From an uncultured Ignavibacteria bacterium (lineage in GTDB: Bacteria; Bacteroidota; Ignavibacteria; SZUA-365): 64,000 bases of DNA. This document shows, piece after piece, positions 27,952 through 38,543 of the stretch (positions within the stretch are counted from its first letter, which is position 1; each line of letters starts with the position of its first letter). A program made the translations under genes and the position numbers. The DNA is taken from positions 304,694 to 368,693 of the forward strand of contig CAJXVM010000001.1 of NCBI GenBank assembly GCA_913061095.1, in the 5' to 3' direction. The notes beneath the pieces are model-generated. The model saw nothing but the letters and a program-made list of their open reading frames with translations, was not told the origin of the DNA and made no database searches.

Positions 27952-29424
27952 ATGAACACCTCAATGCCTCAGCCGAATGACATGCTGCACGCCTGGATTG
28001 ACGGCGAACTCGATCCGGCGCTCGAAACGCAGTTTTTCTCGTTGCTTGCCTCCGACAGCGATCTGCGCGAAAAACTTCGCCATATGCGGAACATCCGCAT
28101 CGAAGCACACAAATTCGGCGCCACTGTGCAGCCGCCCGCAGAGATCTCCGATCGCGTGTTCGCCCGCCTCGGATTCGCGGCTCCGGCCAGCACAGCCGCT
28201 GCGTCGCACAGACCCGCCCTGCTCGCCACGTTTGAGCGCGCGTGGGCACCGGTGGCATCCGCTGCCGCTGCCGCGGTGATTACCGCCATTCTTATTCTCG
28301 GCCTCCGCAATCCGATGAATGAGGCGGCCACGCAGTCTCTTGCCGACAGTCGCACAGCGTCCCCGGCGGAACGAACCGAGACGCCGTCCAGCGACGGCCG
28401 TGCCACGAACGACGAACATGTGTTCACGGACAATACCGCGCGAATACCCTCCGCGGTTTCCGACAACGCGCGACTGAGCGAAGCGCAATCCGGTCCGGCC
28501 TCGCACAGAAACATGCGCACGGACGGCACCGTCCGCACCTCAGCGCCTGACGGAACGCGGGATGAAAATCCGCTGACGACGGAACGGAATGCAGAGACGG
28601 AGTCGCAGGATCGACCTATGCATACCGGCGCCATAGAGGAACAGAGTTTCTCCGATATCGCTGTTCAGGGTGACGATGCCGGAAACGCCTCCGCATCGAA
28701 TGCCACGAGCACGCCCTCGCGCTCCGGCAGCGACAACCTCGCCGCATCCTACACGGATTCCGGTTCCGACGGTGAGCCCACCGGTGTGTCTTCGGCTCCT
28801 CCGTCATGGCGAAATCCCACTGCGGAGACCACCGCTACGGCTCCCGCTGCGCACGCCATGCGTGAATCCCCCGCGTCCGCGGGATCGGCGCCTGTCGACA
28901 CGCGGCAGTACTTCCCCGCCCTTCGACCTTCCGACATCCTTCCCGCGCTCTCGGTCGAGCTGCGCGGTATGAACACCGCCTCCTTCCCCTCGCCGACCAT
29001 TTCCACATCCTCGGATCCGTGGATGCAGAACATGGCCGTCGCGGTGTTTTATACGAGCGGACAACAGGATCTCGGGATCGAATTCGGTCAGGAGCCATTC
29101 GCCATGCATTACCATGGTGTTGAAAACGGCAAGGCCGTGCGCTACGAACAGAACCTGCTCACGCCGTGGCTTCTGGCATCCTGGCGCCATCGCTTCCGTC
29201 CCATCTCCGTCGCCGGCATCGAACCGTATCTGACCGCCAGCCTCGGATCCTCGCTGTATTTCTGGCCCATGGCGCGGACCGGCGCGGGACTCATGTACAT
29301 GCCCGACCGCCGGGTGCGCTTCCACATCGGCGTGGAAGGAAGCATGCTCGCGTATCCGTACCAGCAGCAGTGGTTCACCTCGCGGCGCGTGGGACTGACC
29401 TACGGACTTTCCGTCCTTTTCTGA
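27952..29424 (+). CDS. Anti-sigma factor with TM helix, long disordered linker and C-terminal outer-membrane beta-barrel (dual-membrane-spanning type)
   Basis: LHAWIDGEL anti-sigma-like N-terminus; TM about aa 98-118; S/T/A/P/D-rich aa about 120-330; amphipathic strands ending GLTYGLSVLF. Confidence 0.7.
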   Translation: MNTSMPQPNDMLHAWIDGELDPALETQFFSLLASDSDLREKLRHMRNIRIEAHKFGATVQPPAEISDRVFARLGFAAPASTAAASHRPALLATFERAWAPVASAAAAAVITAILILGLRNPMNEAATQSLADSRTASPAERTETPSSDGRATNDEHVFTDNTARIPSAVSDNARLSEAQSGPASHRNMRTDGTVRTSAPDGTRDENPLTTERNAETESQDRPMHTGAIEEQSFSDIAVQGDDAGNASASNATSTPSRSGSDNLAASYTDSGSDGEPTGVSSAPPSWRNPTAETTATAPAAHAMRESPASAGSAPVDTRQYFPALRPSDILPALSVELRGMNTASFPSPTISTSSDPWMQNMAVAVFYTSGQQDLGIEFGQEPFAMHYHGVENGKAVRYEQNLLTPWLLASWRHRFRPISVAGIEPYLTASLGSSLYFWPMARTGAGLMYMPDRRVRFHIGVEGSMLAYPYQQQWFTSRRVGLTYGLSVLF

Positions 29425-29439
29425 GAACATTGAATTCCC

Positions 29440-29460
29440 TGCATGCGATTATCGCATGCA
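29440..29460. other. Perfect 9-bp-stem hairpin between anti-sigma and lipoprotein genes
   Basis: TGCATGCGA-TTA-TCGCATGCA. Confidence 0.5.
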
Positions 29461-29514
29461 TCGAACATGGATGCGCATCGCCGACATGACGACATCGAAA
29501 CACGGAGCACAGAG

Positions 29515-30768
29515 ATGACGAGGCAGCACACAATCACCGCAATTCTGACAGCGATCGGCACGATATTGCTGCTCACCGCGTGCGCTTCCCCCACGGATCC
29601 CGACACGCCGCGGAAACGCATCACCGAACCGTCCCGGTATTTCCTGCGTAGCGTGGATTTCAACGGAAGCGAGTACGATGCGGGATATGACGTGGTGCAG
29701 CTCGAGGACGGCGATTTCATCATTACCGGCCGCACGTATATGCGGCACACCGGATCGAAAGACATCCTCCTGATGCGCACCGACTCCGAAGGCAATCAGC
29801 GCTGGGTGAAGACCTACGGTGGTGTCTTTGAAGACGAAGGCTATTCCGTCGCGCCGACGCAGGACGGCGGTTTCATCATTACCGGATACACCGAGTCCTA
29901 CTCCGACGAAGGGTTCTATGACATCTATCTCATCAAAACGGATGCACAGGGAAACCAGCAGTGGAGCAAATCCTTCGGTGGCGAAGGATACGACTACGGT
30001 CAGCAGGTGATCGAATGCGCAAACGGTGACTTCGTCGTGGTGGGCTACTCCCAGTATTCCCTCGGCGGCAACTGGTTCGCCAGCGTCCACCGCACGGAAC
30101 CTTCCGGAAACCTGATCTGGAGCAAGGAATTCATGAACCGCAGCGAGCGGAACTTCGGTACATCGATCCGCGAACTCGACGACGGCGGCTTCGTCGTGAC
30201 CGGTTCCATTGACGTCGCCACGGAAGGAAGAAGCGCTCTCTGGATGTTCAAGCTTCCCGCTAACGGAGCGGACGTGGAATGGGAGCATGTTATCAACGGT
30301 GGAAGCGGAAGCAGCGGAAAACTCATCGTCCTTCGCCCGGGCGGCGGATACGCGGTCGCCGGCGAAAGCGATTATTCCGGAGAAATCATCAGCAGCGGAA
30401 CCGCCAGAAGTTCACGCATCCTCTTTGTGGTCACCGATGCCGCGGGTGACAAAATCTCCGAGACCATTCTGCAGGACAACGCCAGCGTTACCGGAATGAA
30501 GGTGACACCCGATGGAGGATATATCCTTTCAGGGTACACCGATCCCTTCAACGCAGACGGATCGGACATGCTGCTGCTCCGCCTGGATCAGGAGGGCCGG
30601 CTGCTCTGGAAGAAAATCATCGGCGGCCTCCGGATGGATCGTGCCCTTTCTGTGGACAACACGCTGGACGGCGGCTTCATCATTACGGGCAAGTCGGAGT
30701 CATACGGACATGGCAACGAGGATCTTATCCTTTTGAAAACGGACGCCAGCGGCAATTTCGAGGAATGA
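29515..30768 (+). CDS. Lipoprotein with repeated beta-propeller blades
   Basis: Lipobox LTAC (Cys23); repeats of DGGFIITG..D..L.KTD..GN..W.K..GG. Confidence 0.8.
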   Translation: MTRQHTITAILTAIGTILLLTACASPTDPDTPRKRITEPSRYFLRSVDFNGSEYDAGYDVVQLEDGDFIITGRTYMRHTGSKDILLMRTDSEGNQRWVKTYGGVFEDEGYSVAPTQDGGFIITGYTESYSDEGFYDIYLIKTDAQGNQQWSKSFGGEGYDYGQQVIECANGDFVVVGYSQYSLGGNWFASVHRTEPSGNLIWSKEFMNRSERNFGTSIRELDDGGFVVTGSIDVATEGRSALWMFKLPANGADVEWEHVINGGSGSSGKLIVLRPGGGYAVAGESDYSGEIISSGTARSSRILFVVTDAAGDKISETILQDNASVTGMKVTPDGGYILSGYTDPFNADGSDMLLLRLDQEGRLLWKKIIGGLRMDRALSVDNTLDGGFIITGKSESYGHGNEDLILLKTDASGNFEE

Positions 30769-30831
30769 CCGTTCTCGGAATCGATCGTTCGAGGAATAGC
30801 CGTGACGGGGCTTTTTTCGTAGATTAGGGAG

Positions 30832-31620
30832 ATGAATGCGCAGAACACGGACGTTGCAGATCTTTCGGTGATCGTGATCGCCGGCTTCGAAGAACACAAC
30901 ATCGGAGCCTGCCTCGATACCGTGCATTGGGCAAAGGAAATCATCGTTGTCTGTTCGCAGCAGCAGGATGAAACGATGACCGTCGCCCGCCGGTATACGC
31001 CGCATGTGACGTATCGCACCTTCGACGGCTACGCCGCACAGAAACAATTCGCACTGGAACAGGCCTCGTGTCCCTGGGTGCTCAGCCTTGACGCCGACGA
31101 GCGCGTCACCCCGGAGCTGCGCGAGGAAATCTCCGCGGTGCTGGCAGCAGACGGACCGGCGGATGGCTACAGCATGCCGCGGCGGAATCATTTCCGTGGG
31201 AAATGGCTGCGCCACGGCGGCTGGTATCCTGATCGCCAGATGCGCCTGTTCCGCAGGTCGCGCACGCGCCTGACCGACCGCCTTGTCCATGAGGGATTCG
31301 AGGTAGAGGGACGTCGCGGCGAATTCGAGGCAGCACTGCTGCATTATACGCTGCCGAACGTGCGGCATATGCTCGAGAAAAACGTGTGGTACGCACAGTA
31401 CGAAGCACAGGAAAAACGCCATCGCCGTCGCGTCACCGTGCTGGATTTCCTGCTGCGTCCCCCGCTGGAATTTCTGAAAAAATACCTTCTGCAGCGCGGT
31501 TTTCTCGATGGCTGGGAGGGATTCATCGTCGCGGTGATCCACGCATCGAACAAACTTCACGTGCAGCTGCATCTCTGGGACATTCAGCGCCACGGCGAAC
31601 CGGGAGACACGGCATCGTGA
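30832..31620 (+). CDS. Family 2 glycosyltransferase (LPS beta-1,4-glucosyltransferase WaaE/KdtX-like)
   Basis: QKQFAL, LDADER, GWYPD..RLF, VHE, GFLDG. Confidence 0.88.
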   Translation: MNAQNTDVADLSVIVIAGFEEHNIGACLDTVHWAKEIIVVCSQQQDETMTVARRYTPHVTYRTFDGYAAQKQFALEQASCPWVLSLDADERVTPELREEISAVLAADGPADGYSMPRRNHFRGKWLRHGGWYPDRQMRLFRRSRTRLTDRLVHEGFEVEGRRGEFEAALLHYTLPNVRHMLEKNVWYAQYEAQEKRHRRRVTVLDFLLRPPLEFLKKYLLQRGFLDGWEGFIVAVIHASNKLHVQLHLWDIQRHGEPGDTAS

Positions 31621-32666
31621 ACGCTCCCCGTCGCATGCTCGTTATCCGTCCCGACCGCATCGGCGACGTCGTCCTCGCCACACCCACCATCCGCGCGCTG
31701 CGACGGAGTTTTCCCGATGCATACATCGCCGCACTCGTGCGTCCCGCGACCGAGCCCGTACTGCACGGCAATCCGCATCTCGATGCCATTCTCATTGACG
31801 ACCGGGAACATACGCATGCCGGGAAACGGGGCTTTTTCGACCGGCTGCGCATGCTGCGCAGGCACCGATTCGATACCGCGCTCATGCTGCTTCCGACAGA
31901 ACGCCATGCGTGGATGACGTTTTTCGCGGGGATCCCGCGGCGTGTCGGCGTCGGAACGAAGCTGTACCAGGTGCTGACGTTCGCTCGCAGTGTCAGCCGA
32001 CGGAAGTACACTCCCCTCCGCCACGAAGCCGATTACTGTCTCGACCTCGCGCGCGCGATCGGTGCCGAAGACGACGGCCTGGACGTGGAAGTCTTTCTCT
32101 CCGACGTGGAACGGCGCGAAGCGCGTGACCGCCTGCACGCCATCGGACGCGACACCGCACGGCCCCTGCTTTCGGTGCATCCGGAGAGCGGACGATCCGC
32201 GCCGAACTGGGAAGCGCACAAATACCGCGACTTCGTGGCCGCCGCGCTCGAGCAATTCCCGGAACTGCAGATCATGGTTCAGGTCACACCTTCGAATCGC
32301 GCGCTACACGATCTGTTCGCACCGCTTCGATCCGAACGGGGGGTACTCATTCCAGACAACGGCGGGAATCTTCGTCTTGTGATGGGATTCATTTCCGAAG
32401 CGCAGACCGTGATATCCGCAAGCACGGGGCCCATGCATCTCGCCGCCGGACTGCGCATCCCGACCGTGAGCCTGTTCTGCCCGATGACCGCCTGTCACCC
32501 CGATCTCTGGGGTCCTCTGGGCAACCGCTCCCTCACGCTGCTTCCCCCCGATGAATACTGCCGGACGCAATGTCCGGGAGATCCGCATATCTGCACGCTC
32601 GAGGGAGGCATTGAAATTCCGGACGTTCTCGACGCGGTCGGCCGGCAGCTCACACAGTCAGCCTGA
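31617..32666 (+). CDS. Family 9 glycosyltransferase (heptosyltransferase-like)
   Basis: RPDRIGDVVLATP, STGPMHLAAG, GTGA overlap with the upstream gene. Confidence 0.9.
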   Translation: MNAPRRMLVIRPDRIGDVVLATPTIRALRRSFPDAYIAALVRPATEPVLHGNPHLDAILIDDREHTHAGKRGFFDRLRMLRRHRFDTALMLLPTERHAWMTFFAGIPRRVGVGTKLYQVLTFARSVSRRKYTPLRHEADYCLDLARAIGAEDDGLDVEVFLSDVERREARDRLHAIGRDTARPLLSVHPESGRSAPNWEAHKYRDFVAAALEQFPELQIMVQVTPSNRALHDLFAPLRSERGVLIPDNGGNLRLVMGFISEAQTVISASTGPMHLAAGLRIPTVSLFCPMTACHPDLWGPLGNRSLTLLPPDEYCRTQCPGDPHICTLEGGIEIPDVLDAVGRQLTQSA

Positions 32667-32699
32667 ACAACGGCCCGCTGCTGCCTGCACTGATTTCAT

Positions 32700-35117
32700 T
32701 CAGCTCTCGTTCCCTTTCTCTTTCTTCGAAGCCTCGTACAGCAGTTCGAGGCGGCGTTCGACCTTGCCGAATACCGTGTCTTCGGGGAAGCGTCCGTCCG
32801 AACCGCGCGCGCCGGCTGCGGTGCCCATCAGCAGTTCCACACCTTCGGAAATCGTATCGATCGCCCAGACGCGGAAACGTCCCTCGCGCACGGCATTGAC
32901 GACCGGCGTGCGCAGCATCAAATCGTCGACATTCTGTTTCGGAATGATAACACCCTGCGAACCGGTGAGTCCGCGGCGCTCACAGACCTCGAAGAAGCCC
33001 TCGATTTTCTCATTCACGCCTCCGATCGGCTGAATATCGCCCTTCTGATTGACCGAGCCGGTGACGGCGATATTCTGCCGGATGGGGATGTCAGACAGCG
33101 ACGACAGCAGCGCATAGATCTCCGTCGACGAGGCGCTGTCGCCGTCCACGCCGCTGTAGGACTGTTCGAACGAGATGCTCGCAGTCAGGGAGAGCGGCCG
33201 CTGCTGTGCGAACATTTCCCGGAAATAGCCTGAGAGAATGAGCATGCCCTTGTCGTGCGTGCGGCCGCTGAGTTTCGCCTCGCGTTCGATATTGATGATG
33301 CCCGCCTTGCCCGCGCTGACCGCGGCCGTGATGCGCGTCGGCTTCCCGAAGGAGAATCGTTCACCGCCGTAAACCGCCAGTCCGTTGATCTGTCCGATGC
33401 GCTCGCCGTCGACGTCGATGAGAATGACCTCCTCGTCGATCAGCTCCTGCAGCTTCTCCTCGCCGAGCGAATGGCGGTTGTACGTCTCCGCGATCGCCTT
33501 GTCCACGTGCTCGGTGGTCACATACTTGTTGCTGTTTTGCCGGCACCAGTAATCGGCTTCACGCACGATATCGGCGATTTCACTGAACTGCGTCGTGACC
33601 TTGCGCCGGCTGTCGACCAGCCGTGCGCCGTACTCGACCACGCCCGCGATGGCGTGCTTGTCGAAATGTTTCAGATCTTCGTCGGAAATGAGCTTACGGA
33701 TCAGCGCAGTGTACTGCTGCACCGCGAGCGGTGTGTTGGGCATTTCATAGTCGAAATCCGCCTTGACCTTGAAGATCTTTTTGAAGTCGCGTTCGTACGC
33801 ACTGAGCAGGTTGTAAATCTCGTTGTTGCCGATGAGGATGACTTTGACATTGACGTTGATCGCCTCGGGTTTCAGCGCGGTGCTCGACTGCTGCATGAGC
33901 ATTTCGAGACTCTGGATTTCCAGCTTACGGTACAGCAGCACGCGCTGCAGGTTTTTCCACACGCCCGGTTCGGTGAGTGCATCCGCGGCGTTGATGACGA
34001 GAAAGCCGCCGTCAGCGCGCAGCAGCGCCCCGGGCTTGATCATGGTGAAATCGGTGTACCAGAAACCATTGCTCGCCTGACGCCGTTCGATGGTTCCGAA
34101 CAGGTTACGGAACGTCGGCGCTGTTTCGATGACAACCGGGAACGACGCCGCCGAGCTGTTGTCGAGCACGAGATTGACCGTGTATTCGGTCGGCAATTCC
34201 TCTTCGCCGTCTTCCTGTGCCTTGAACTGTTCGAGATTGTCGAGAATGCTCTCGATCAGCAGCTGCAGGTAAGACTGCACTTTTTCGTCGTCATATTCCG
34301 ATAGCAGCTCCGCGAAGATGGCGTTGACCATGAACTCGCCCGCCTGACGCTCATGCTGATCGATCTTCTCCTGGTATTCGCGGGAGAGACGCACTCCCCG
34401 GCGGAACACCTCCTGCAGCGTCGTCTTGTGTTCACGGTATTTGTCAGCGATGCGCTCGGCCTCTTCCTTGCTGAGGAGATTCTGCATCACCGCCGATCCG
34501 AGGTCCGAGATCAGCACGGCCTTGTCTTCGAGCTTGAAGAGAATTTCCGGGTGCATGGACTGTCCCTCCTGCACACGGCCGAGCACGAAGCCGTCAGGTT
34601 CGATCTGATGTTCGAACTCCGAAAACAGCGCCGCTTCTTTCTTGTTGTACTCGTCGATATAGGCCTGCTTGATCTTGAGGTATTCCTCCTCCTCGAACAC
34701 GCCCGGGGCCCGCTCGCGCACCATGCGCATGGCATCCGCCATGTCTTTTTTGAATCGGCAGCCACGGCCGCGCTCGAAGCTCAACAGCATCGGACGATCG
34801 CTGTCTTCGAAATTATGAACGTAGCAATAGTCGCGGCAGAGTGTTTTCTGCGGTTGGATTTTCTCGAGAATGGTCTTGATGGTCGTCGCCTTGCCCGTGC
34901 CGGACAGACCGCAGACAAAAATGTTGTAGCCGGGACTGTACAGCTCCACACCAAGCTTCAATGCCTTGAGGGCGCGGTCCTGCCCGATGATACCCTCGAT
35001 CGGCTCGACGCTCTCGGTCGTTTCGGCCGGGATCAGATCAGGGGGACAGTACCAGCGGAGGTTTTCGATTGGAAGCTGGGGATGATCGGCGGCGGGATGG
35101 AGAGGGTGTTCGGACAT
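32700..35117 (-). CDS. Lon-like (LonC/LonB-type) protease, AAA_32 plus S16 domain
   Basis: IIGQDRA, GLSGTGK, GALLRADGG, GQINGL, VDGDSASS (Ser), IGGVNEKIEG (Lys). Confidence 0.92.
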   Translation of the reverse strand: MSEHPLHPAADHPQLPIENLRWYCPPDLIPAETTESVEPIEGIIGQDRALKALKLGVELYSPGYNIFVCGLSGTGKATTIKTILEKIQPQKTLCRDYCYVHNFEDSDRPMLLSFERGRGCRFKKDMADAMRMVRERAPGVFEEEEYLKIKQAYIDEYNKKEAALFSEFEHQIEPDGFVLGRVQEGQSMHPEILFKLEDKAVLISDLGSAVMQNLLSKEEAERIADKYREHKTTLQEVFRRGVRLSREYQEKIDQHERQAGEFMVNAIFAELLSEYDDEKVQSYLQLLIESILDNLEQFKAQEDGEEELPTEYTVNLVLDNSSAASFPVVIETAPTFRNLFGTIERRQASNGFWYTDFTMIKPGALLRADGGFLVINAADALTEPGVWKNLQRVLLYRKLEIQSLEMLMQQSSTALKPEAINVNVKVILIGNNEIYNLLSAYERDFKKIFKVKADFDYEMPNTPLAVQQYTALIRKLISDEDLKHFDKHAIAGVVEYGARLVDSRRKVTTQFSEIADIVREADYWCRQNSNKYVTTEHVDKAIAETYNRHSLGEEKLQELIDEEVILIDVDGERIGQINGLAVYGGERFSFGKPTRITAAVSAGKAGIINIEREAKLSGRTHDKGMLILSGYFREMFAQQRPLSLTASISFEQSYSGVDGDSASSTEIYALLSSLSDIPIRQNIAVTGSVNQKGDIQPIGGVNEKIEGFFEVCERRGLTGSQGVIIPKQNVDDLMLRTPVVNAVREGRFRVWAIDTISEGVELLMGTAAGARGSDGRFPEDTVFGKVERRLELLYEASKKEKGNES

Positions 35118-35223
35118 GGCAATAAGGTGCTTGTGAATACTGTCCGGTCAAATTAGAGGATATAGGCACGTCGCGCAAATACGGCTCTGGGCCGTCGACT
35201 CCATGCACGTGCGCATGGCTGAT

Positions 35224-35259
35224 ACGGGTAACCCCACCTGTGAGGGTGGGGTTACCCGT
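35224..35259. repeat. Perfect 15-bp inverted repeat (REP-like / RNA stem-loop)
   Basis: ACGGGTAACCCCACC-TGTGAG-GGTGGGGTTACCCGT. Confidence 0.7.
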
Positions 35260-35281
35260 GAAAAGAACCACTCCCCAGCGA

Positions 35282-38200
35282 TCAGTCCGGCACGGCCTCG
35301 GCCTGTTTGTCGCGCCCGAACAACCGGCGGAAGACTCCCGCCACCCACTGTCCGAAAACCTCGAAGGATGAGTAGAACGTCGGCACGACGACCAGCGTCA
35401 GGAAGGTTGATACCGACAGGCCCGAGATGATGGCGATGCCAAGCGGCCGCCAGAAGTCCGAACTTTCTGCACCGATGACAAGGGAGAACTGACGCCAGTC
35501 GATATCCACGCCGGTGGCCAGCGGAACGACACCCAGAATCGTCGAAACGGCGGTAAGCACCACGGGACGCAGACGCGTGCGCCCGGCCTCGAGCAGCGCC
35601 TCCTCCAGCGGCATGCCTTCCTGGATTTTCTGTTTCGCGAAATCCAGCAGTACGATCGCGTTTTTCACCACAATGCCCGCGAGGGCGATAACACCGACCC
35701 CCGTCATGATGACCCCAAACGGCGTCTGCGTGATCAGCAATCCCCACAGCACTCCGATCAGTGAAAGGATCACGGAAATCATGATGACCACCGGGACCTT
35801 GATACTGTTGAATTCGCTGACCATGAGCAGAAAGATCAGGAAAATCGTGACGAGGAGGGCCTGGCTGAGAAAGTCGGCAGCTTCACCCTGCTCTTCCTGC
35901 TCGCCGGTAAAGTCGATTGTATACCCTTCGGGCATCTCGAATCCGGCAAGACGTGTCTGAACATCCTCGAGCACATCATTGGCGAGCCGCCCCTGCGCGT
36001 CGGCGGTAATCGTGATGACACGCTTGTAGTCCTTGCGCCGGATATCGGAGACACCCGTTGTGCGGACGACATTTGCCACCGATGTCAGCGGTACCGTCAG
36101 CAGCTTGCCCCGACGATTCATGAAGGTGATATCGAGATTCTCGAGATCCTCCGGATTCTGCCGCTGCTGTTCCCGGAGCCGCACGGTGATTTTGTACTCG
36201 TCCTCGCCGACGCGGTACTTTGCCGCTTCGGTGCCGTTGATCGCAGTGCGCACGGTGCTGCCAATCTGTGCGGTGCTCATTTCCAGCAGAGCCGCCTTTT
36301 CCCGGTCAACGATGACCTGGATCTCGGGCTTCCCGGAGTTGAAATCGTCATCGAGATCCACCAGTCCCGGCACGTCGCGGATTTCCTCCTGGATCTGCCT
36401 GGAGAGCGCGCGCAGCTGATCATAGTCTTCTCCTGCGACTTCAATGCTCACGGCTTCACCGACCGGCGGACCCATTTCCTGCACCTCGACGGTAATCTCC
36501 GCACCGGGAATATCGTCGGTCACCCCGCGAATCTCGTCTACGGTTTCGAAGGAATTCTGCTTCCGCTCCTTTTTGTCGTAGAAACTCAGCGCATAATTGG
36601 ACTTGTTGGAGATCTTTGAGCCTCCGAAGTCGAATGGATTGTTCGAGGAACCGACGTTCGCGACACGGAACTCGATATCCTCGAATCCCTCGATACCATG
36701 AACTTTCTTCTCGACGAGCTTGGTGACCTGATTGGTCACCGACAGCGGCGTGCCCGGCGGCGTGGTGATGACCACGGTCGCCTGTGACGGCTGCGTCTCC
36801 GGGAAAAACTCCACGCCCGTGTTGAACATGCCGAATATCACGAAGGTGAATATCAGCAGTCCCAGTGTGAGCGCAACCGTCATTCCCTTGTGTTTGAGCG
36901 TCCACCCCAGGACGCCGACGTACTGCTTCTGCGCGGCCGGGAAGAATTTCTCATCCACCCAGTGATAGGCAATGGTGAAGGGATTGTACTTCCTCCATAC
37001 CGACGGATGCTCCAGGTCGCGCTTCGCTTTCGCAATTTCCTTGCGATAATTGATGAAGACGGAGCCCTGCACAGGACTGATGACAAAACCGACGAACAGC
37101 GACGACATCATCGTCGCAATCAGCGTGATGGGCAGATAGCTCATGAATTCGCCGACGATGCCGGGCCAGAACAGCAGCGGCAGGAAGGCGGCAATGGTCG
37201 TGAGTGTCGCGGTAACGACCGGCACGGCGACCTCGCTCGTCGCTTTCTTCGCCGCGACGATGAGATTTTCCCCGTATTCCTGCTGATGGCGATATATGTT
37301 CTCGATGACGACAACGGCGTCATCGACCACAATGCCGAGCACAAGTACCAGCGCGAAAAGCACGACGAAGTTCAGCGTGATACCCATGATGGAGAGAATG
37401 ATGAAGCCCATGAACATCGACAGCGGAATCGCCGTGCTGATGAGAATCGCATTCTTGACGCCAAAAAACATGAACAGCACCATGATGACGAGAAACATAC
37501 CCGTCATGATGCTGTTCTCGAGTTCATACACGCGGTCCTTGATCATGATGGACTGGTCGTTGGTCACTTCTATGGTGACGCCCTTCGGCAGTGTTTCCTC
37601 GAAATCACTGACGATGGATTTCACGTCACCCGCGATGCGCACCAGGTTCTCACCGGCGCGCTTCTTGACGGGCATAGAGACGACCTGTTCACCATTGAGA
37701 CGCGCATAGGTGGACCGGTCCTCGAAAGAGAAACGCACGTCCGCGACATCACGTATGTAAATCGGTTTGCCGTTGCGCATCTTGACGATGATGTCCTCGA
37801 TCGGACCCGGATCCTTGTACTCTCCCGGAATGCGCACGGTGTAATCGGTTGTTCCATTGTCGAGTGTACCACCGGGTATGGTAATGTGCTCGCCCCGGAT
37901 GGCGTCTACGACGTCGGCGAAACTGATGTCGTACCCTTTCAGGCGATTGACGTCGCAGTTGATCTGCACCTCAGGTTCGAGCGCGCCGGTAATGTCGGCG
38001 CTGAGAACGCCCTGCACGCCCTCGATGTCGTCTTGCAGATCCTTTGCGATCTCCTTGAGCCTCGGAAGTCCGACATTGCCGCCGATGTTAATGAAGAGAA
38101 TCGGAAATTCACTGAAGTTGATTTCCGAAATGATCGGCTCCATGATGTCATCAGGCAGATTCGGACGCGTGGTGTTGACCTTATCGCGCACGCGCCTCAG

Positions 38201-38512
38201 TGCCTCGTCGATATCCACCCCGGTCTCGAATTCAATCGTGATGGTCGCGAGCCCCTCTTTCGAAGAGGAGGTGATTTCCTTGACATCTTTGAGTGTCTTG
38301 AATTCCTTTTCCAGCGGTTGCGTGATCAGTCCTTCCATGTCTGTCGGACTCACCCCCGGATACGGAACGGATACGATGATGAAAGGAATGGTGATGTCCG
38401 GCGCCGCCTCACGGGGCATGCCCATGTAGGATTGAAAGCCGAAGATCACGATGATCAGGACGATGATGTATACCGCGACGCGGTTGTCGACGGCGAGATT
38501 CCAGATTTTCAT
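35282..38512 (-). CDS. RND efflux permease (AcrB/D/F family)
   Basis: GIVVDDAVVVIENI, GIVVKNAIVLLD, RLRPVVLT; 1076 aa. Confidence 0.95.
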   Translation of the reverse strand: MKIWNLAVDNRVAVYIIVLIIVIFGFQSYMGMPREAAPDITIPFIIVSVPYPGVSPTDMEGLITQPLEKEFKTLKDVKEITSSSKEGLATITIEFETGVDIDEALRRVRDKVNTTRPNLPDDIMEPIISEINFSEFPILFINIGGNVGLPRLKEIAKDLQDDIEGVQGVLSADITGALEPEVQINCDVNRLKGYDISFADVVDAIRGEHITIPGGTLDNGTTDYTVRIPGEYKDPGPIEDIIVKMRNGKPIYIRDVADVRFSFEDRSTYARLNGEQVVSMPVKKRAGENLVRIAGDVKSIVSDFEETLPKGVTIEVTNDQSIMIKDRVYELENSIMTGMFLVIMVLFMFFGVKNAILISTAIPLSMFMGFIILSIMGITLNFVVLFALVLVLGIVVDDAVVVIENIYRHQQEYGENLIVAAKKATSEVAVPVVTATLTTIAAFLPLLFWPGIVGEFMSYLPITLIATMMSSLFVGFVISPVQGSVFINYRKEIAKAKRDLEHPSVWRKYNPFTIAYHWVDEKFFPAAQKQYVGVLGWTLKHKGMTVALTLGLLIFTFVIFGMFNTGVEFFPETQPSQATVVITTPPGTPLSVTNQVTKLVEKKVHGIEGFEDIEFRVANVGSSNNPFDFGGSKISNKSNYALSFYDKKERKQNSFETVDEIRGVTDDIPGAEITVEVQEMGPPVGEAVSIEVAGEDYDQLRALSRQIQEEIRDVPGLVDLDDDFNSGKPEIQVIVDREKAALLEMSTAQIGSTVRTAINGTEAAKYRVGEDEYKITVRLREQQRQNPEDLENLDITFMNRRGKLLTVPLTSVANVVRTTGVSDIRRKDYKRVITITADAQGRLANDVLEDVQTRLAGFEMPEGYTIDFTGEQEEQGEAADFLSQALLVTIFLIFLLMVSEFNSIKVPVVIMISVILSLIGVLWGLLITQTPFGVIMTGVGVIALAGIVVKNAIVLLDFAKQKIQEGMPLEEALLEAGRTRLRPVVLTAVSTILGVVPLATGVDIDWRQFSLVIGAESSDFWRPLGIAIISGLSVSTFLTLVVVPTFYSSFEVFGQWVAGVFRRLFGRDKQAEAVPD

Positions 38513-38543
38513 GAGTGTTCCTGTGTTTCCGAATTCGCGATCG

